This document shows positions 36,806 through 38,630 of a stretch of DNA of 38,630 nucleotides, in pieces. Within the stretch, counting starts at the first letter, position 1; every line of letters begins with the position of its first letter. The notes under the pieces were generated by a model. It saw only the letters and a list, made by a program, of their open reading frames with translations, had not been told where the DNA came from and searched no databases. Source of the DNA: an uncultured bacterium (lineage in GTDB: Bacteria > Myxococcota_A > Polyangia > Polyangiales > Houyiibacteriaceae); contig CALLDH010000169.1 of assembly GCA_937998345.1 (NCBI GenBank), positions 1 through 38,630 of the forward strand, read 5' to 3'. The translations under genes and the position numbers were made by a program.

Positions 36806-37959
36806 ACGATACGAAGACCCCAGGGCACGACGGTGTCCAGCTTGATGAGCTCATCTTCACGTTGAGCTGGGAAGATCCAGCACTCGACGTGGAGGCGCTA
36901 CGCGTGAGCTCAAACACGCGCATTGCGACCGTTGCCTCGGGAGGGTGCAACGCGCTCACCTTCCTCTTGCATGACCCCGCATTCGTCTACGCGTTCGACT
37001 ACAATCTCACGCAGGTTTGGACGCTACAGCTCAAAGCGGCCGCGTTCCGAACCCTCGATCACGCAGCGGTCCTCGAGTTGTTTGGAGTGCGTGAGTCGAA
37101 TCGGCGTCGCACGCTCGTCGAAACGGCGGTCCAAGAGCTCTCCCCTGAAGCGCGTCAATACTGGCTCGGTCGCGAGGACCTAGTGCAACAGGGTTTGCTT
37201 GGCCTCGGGCGCTACGAGCGGTTTGTCCGCGCCTTTCGGACCCTGCTTCGCCTCATACAGGGGCGACGTCGAATCGAAGCTTTGTTCGACGAGCGCGATC
37301 AGCAAGCCCGCGTGGAGTTCTTCGAGAACAAATGGAACAGCCGGGCTTGGCGCTTGCTTTTCAAAGCCTTCTTCAACAAGACCGTCCTGTCCCGACGGGG
37401 GCTGAGCCCGGAGTACTTCACATTCGATGACGGCTCGACTTCCTTTGCCGACAGCTTTGCACGACGTACTCGACACGCGTTGACGGAGCTTTCCGTACGC
37501 GACAACCATTTTCTCGCGCAGTACACCCGCGGTGCGTATCTCGACGAGGAACATCTTCCCGACTATCTGCGCGAGGAGAATTTCGATCTTTTGCGTTCGC
37601 GCCTCGATCGACTCGTACTAGAGCAGAACGACGTTCGAAGCCTCGTGGAGCGCTTTGGGCCGTCGGCCTTCGACGGCATCTGCCTCTCCAACGTGTTCGA
37701 GTTAATGTCCGAAGCCGAAACGCAAGACGTATTGCAGAAGCTCGCTCCCTGCCTGGTTCCCGGTGGTCGTATGACCTTGCGCAATCTGATGATCCCGCGC
37801 GCTGTGAAAGGCGAGCTGGCAAGGCAGCTCGTTCGCGATGAACCCCTGTCCCGAGCCTTGCTCTTCAAGGATCGTTCCTTCGTTTACCGTTCGTTTCAGG
37901 TCTATACGTACCGGCCGGACGAGGCCGACAGAGAGTCGAGAAAGGTAGCCAATGCTTAG
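36802..37959 (+). CDS. DUF3419/BtaA-like SAM-dependent transferase
   Basis: SWEDPALDVEAL, VASGGCNAL, DYNLTQ, GRYER, LPDYL, LSNVFE, DRSFVY. ATGA overlap with the GNAT gene. Confidence 0.85.
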   Translation: MNDTKTPGHDGVQLDELIFTLSWEDPALDVEALRVSSNTRIATVASGGCNALTFLLHDPAFVYAFDYNLTQVWTLQLKAAAFRTLDHAAVLELFGVRESNRRRTLVETAVQELSPEARQYWLGREDLVQQGLLGLGRYERFVRAFRTLLRLIQGRRRIEALFDERDQQARVEFFENKWNSRAWRLLFKAFFNKTVLSRRGLSPEYFTFDDGSTSFADSFARRTRHALTELSVRDNHFLAQYTRGAYLDEEHLPDYLREENFDLLRSRLDRLVLEQNDVRSLVERFGPSAFDGICLSNVFELMSEAETQDVLQKLAPCLVPGGRMTLRNLMIPRAVKGELARQLVRDEPLSRALLFKDRSFVYRSFQVYTYRPDEADRESRKVANA

Positions 37960-38630
37960 TCCAGAACATGAACGCTATCGTCCGGTTCATCAGATCATCC
38001 TGTCCCAGGCGGTGGCAGGAGAGGCTATTGCGATTCGGCACTTGGCGCGCATGATTTGCTTGAGCAAAGACCTGGACGAGCGGCTAGAGCTGGTGCAGGA
38101 CGCAGGCAGGGAGCGTGCTCACCTGTTGAGCCTACGCTCCGTCGCCGCAGATATAGGAGCTCCGCTCGTTGCCGCTCCCGATCCGTACTGGGACGAGGTC
38201 GGTCGAGCATTCGATTCATTCGCTGATGCGGGGGATCTCGACGGCTGTTACATCGTCCAAGACGTTGTTCTCGAGTGCTACGCCATTACGCTGTACCGCG
38301 CCCTCGAAACCTGTACGGAGCCCTTCTTGGCGGAGCTGGTTCGTCGCATCGCCGACGAAGAGGAACGGCACCTGGCTCACGGCATCGAACGGGTGCGACG
38401 AGACCTCGAACGCGACCCATCGAAAGTCCATGCGCGGATTGAGGAGGCCAACGAGTCGGTTGCGCGCGTACTTGCCGGTTGGGTTCGCGAGGAGGACTGC
38501 GAACCGATCTGCGGCGTCTGTGGTAGCGTGGGAGGGACCTGTGCCAAGGACGACCTGCGTTTGCTCGGCATGGATCTTCCGAGTTTGCAGCCGGCGTTTG
38601 CACAATTGTATGGAGACAGCCTTCGTGCGG
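37952..38630 (+). CDS. Ferritin-like di-iron protein homologous to cyanobacterial aldehyde-deformylating oxygenase; 3'-truncated by window edge
   Basis: Hand translation, absent from the ORF track: MLSPEHERYR...GEAIA...ERAH...CYIVQDVVLECYAITLY...EPF...DEEERHLAHG...EEAN...CEPICGVCGSVGGTC...DDLRLLGMD...LYGDSLRA. No stop to window end; overlaps the upstream stop by 8 nt. Confidence 0.85.
   Translation, partial: MLSPEHERYRPVHQIILSQAVAGEAIAIRHLARMICLSKDLDERLELVQDAGRERAHLLSLRSVAADIGAPLVAAPDPYWDEVGRAFDSFADAGDLDGCYIVQDVVLECYAITLYRALETCTEPFLAELVRRIADEEERHLAHGIERVRRDLERDPSKVHARIEEANESVARVLAGWVREEDCEPICGVCGSVGGTCAKDDLRLLGMDLPSLQPAFAQLYGDSLRA

Noticed and set aside
38498-38521. Radical SAM enzyme call from CX3CX2C
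   Set aside because: The motif is a short insertion in a helical ferritin-like protein, lacks the usual aromatic residue before the third Cys and has no TIM-barrel context.

Overview
GC-rich bacterial window. Protein families, N-terminal leader styles and sigma54-type promoters suggest Myxococcota/Polyangia, which is an inference. Most of it is metabolic, transport and lipoprotein genes: ndh, a MacAB/LolCDE-like ABC exporter, SDR, MFS, aldehyde dehydrogenase plus amidase, gluconolactonase, pectinacetylesterase-like esterase, a ThDP enzyme, GST, a Rieske oxygenase and cysK. Two systems stand out. (1) At the right edge, an ORF missing from the ORF track (37952 to beyond 38630) encodes a homologue of cyanobacterial aldehyde-deformylating oxygenase. 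It keeps all six di-iron ligands and has an extra CX3CX2CX6C insertion. It overlaps a GNAT and DUF3419/BtaA-like gene pair, downstream of a retinol-saturase-like gene, and may be part of an undescribed lipid-modification pathway. (2) Two paralogous 305-aa RAYT-type HUH/Y1 transposases, plus a third remnant. Each intact gene sits in a ~1.32-kb unit bounded by inward-facing GAGATYCNACCSASGTT motifs, with a conserved GTAG-palindrome block and a sigma54-like promoter. Several motif copies have nested 'stutter' duplications at their outer edge, and orphan copies occur elsewhere. Also seen: a 32-bp direct repeat covering two gene starts, a 38-bp IS4-like mini-element inside a second dispersed intergenic element, an 11-bp x4 tandem repeat, an NlpC/P60-PATR fusion lipoprotein and several truncated gene fragments. 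No rRNA, tRNA or CRISPR array was seen. All family calls are by-eye motif recognition, not database searches.
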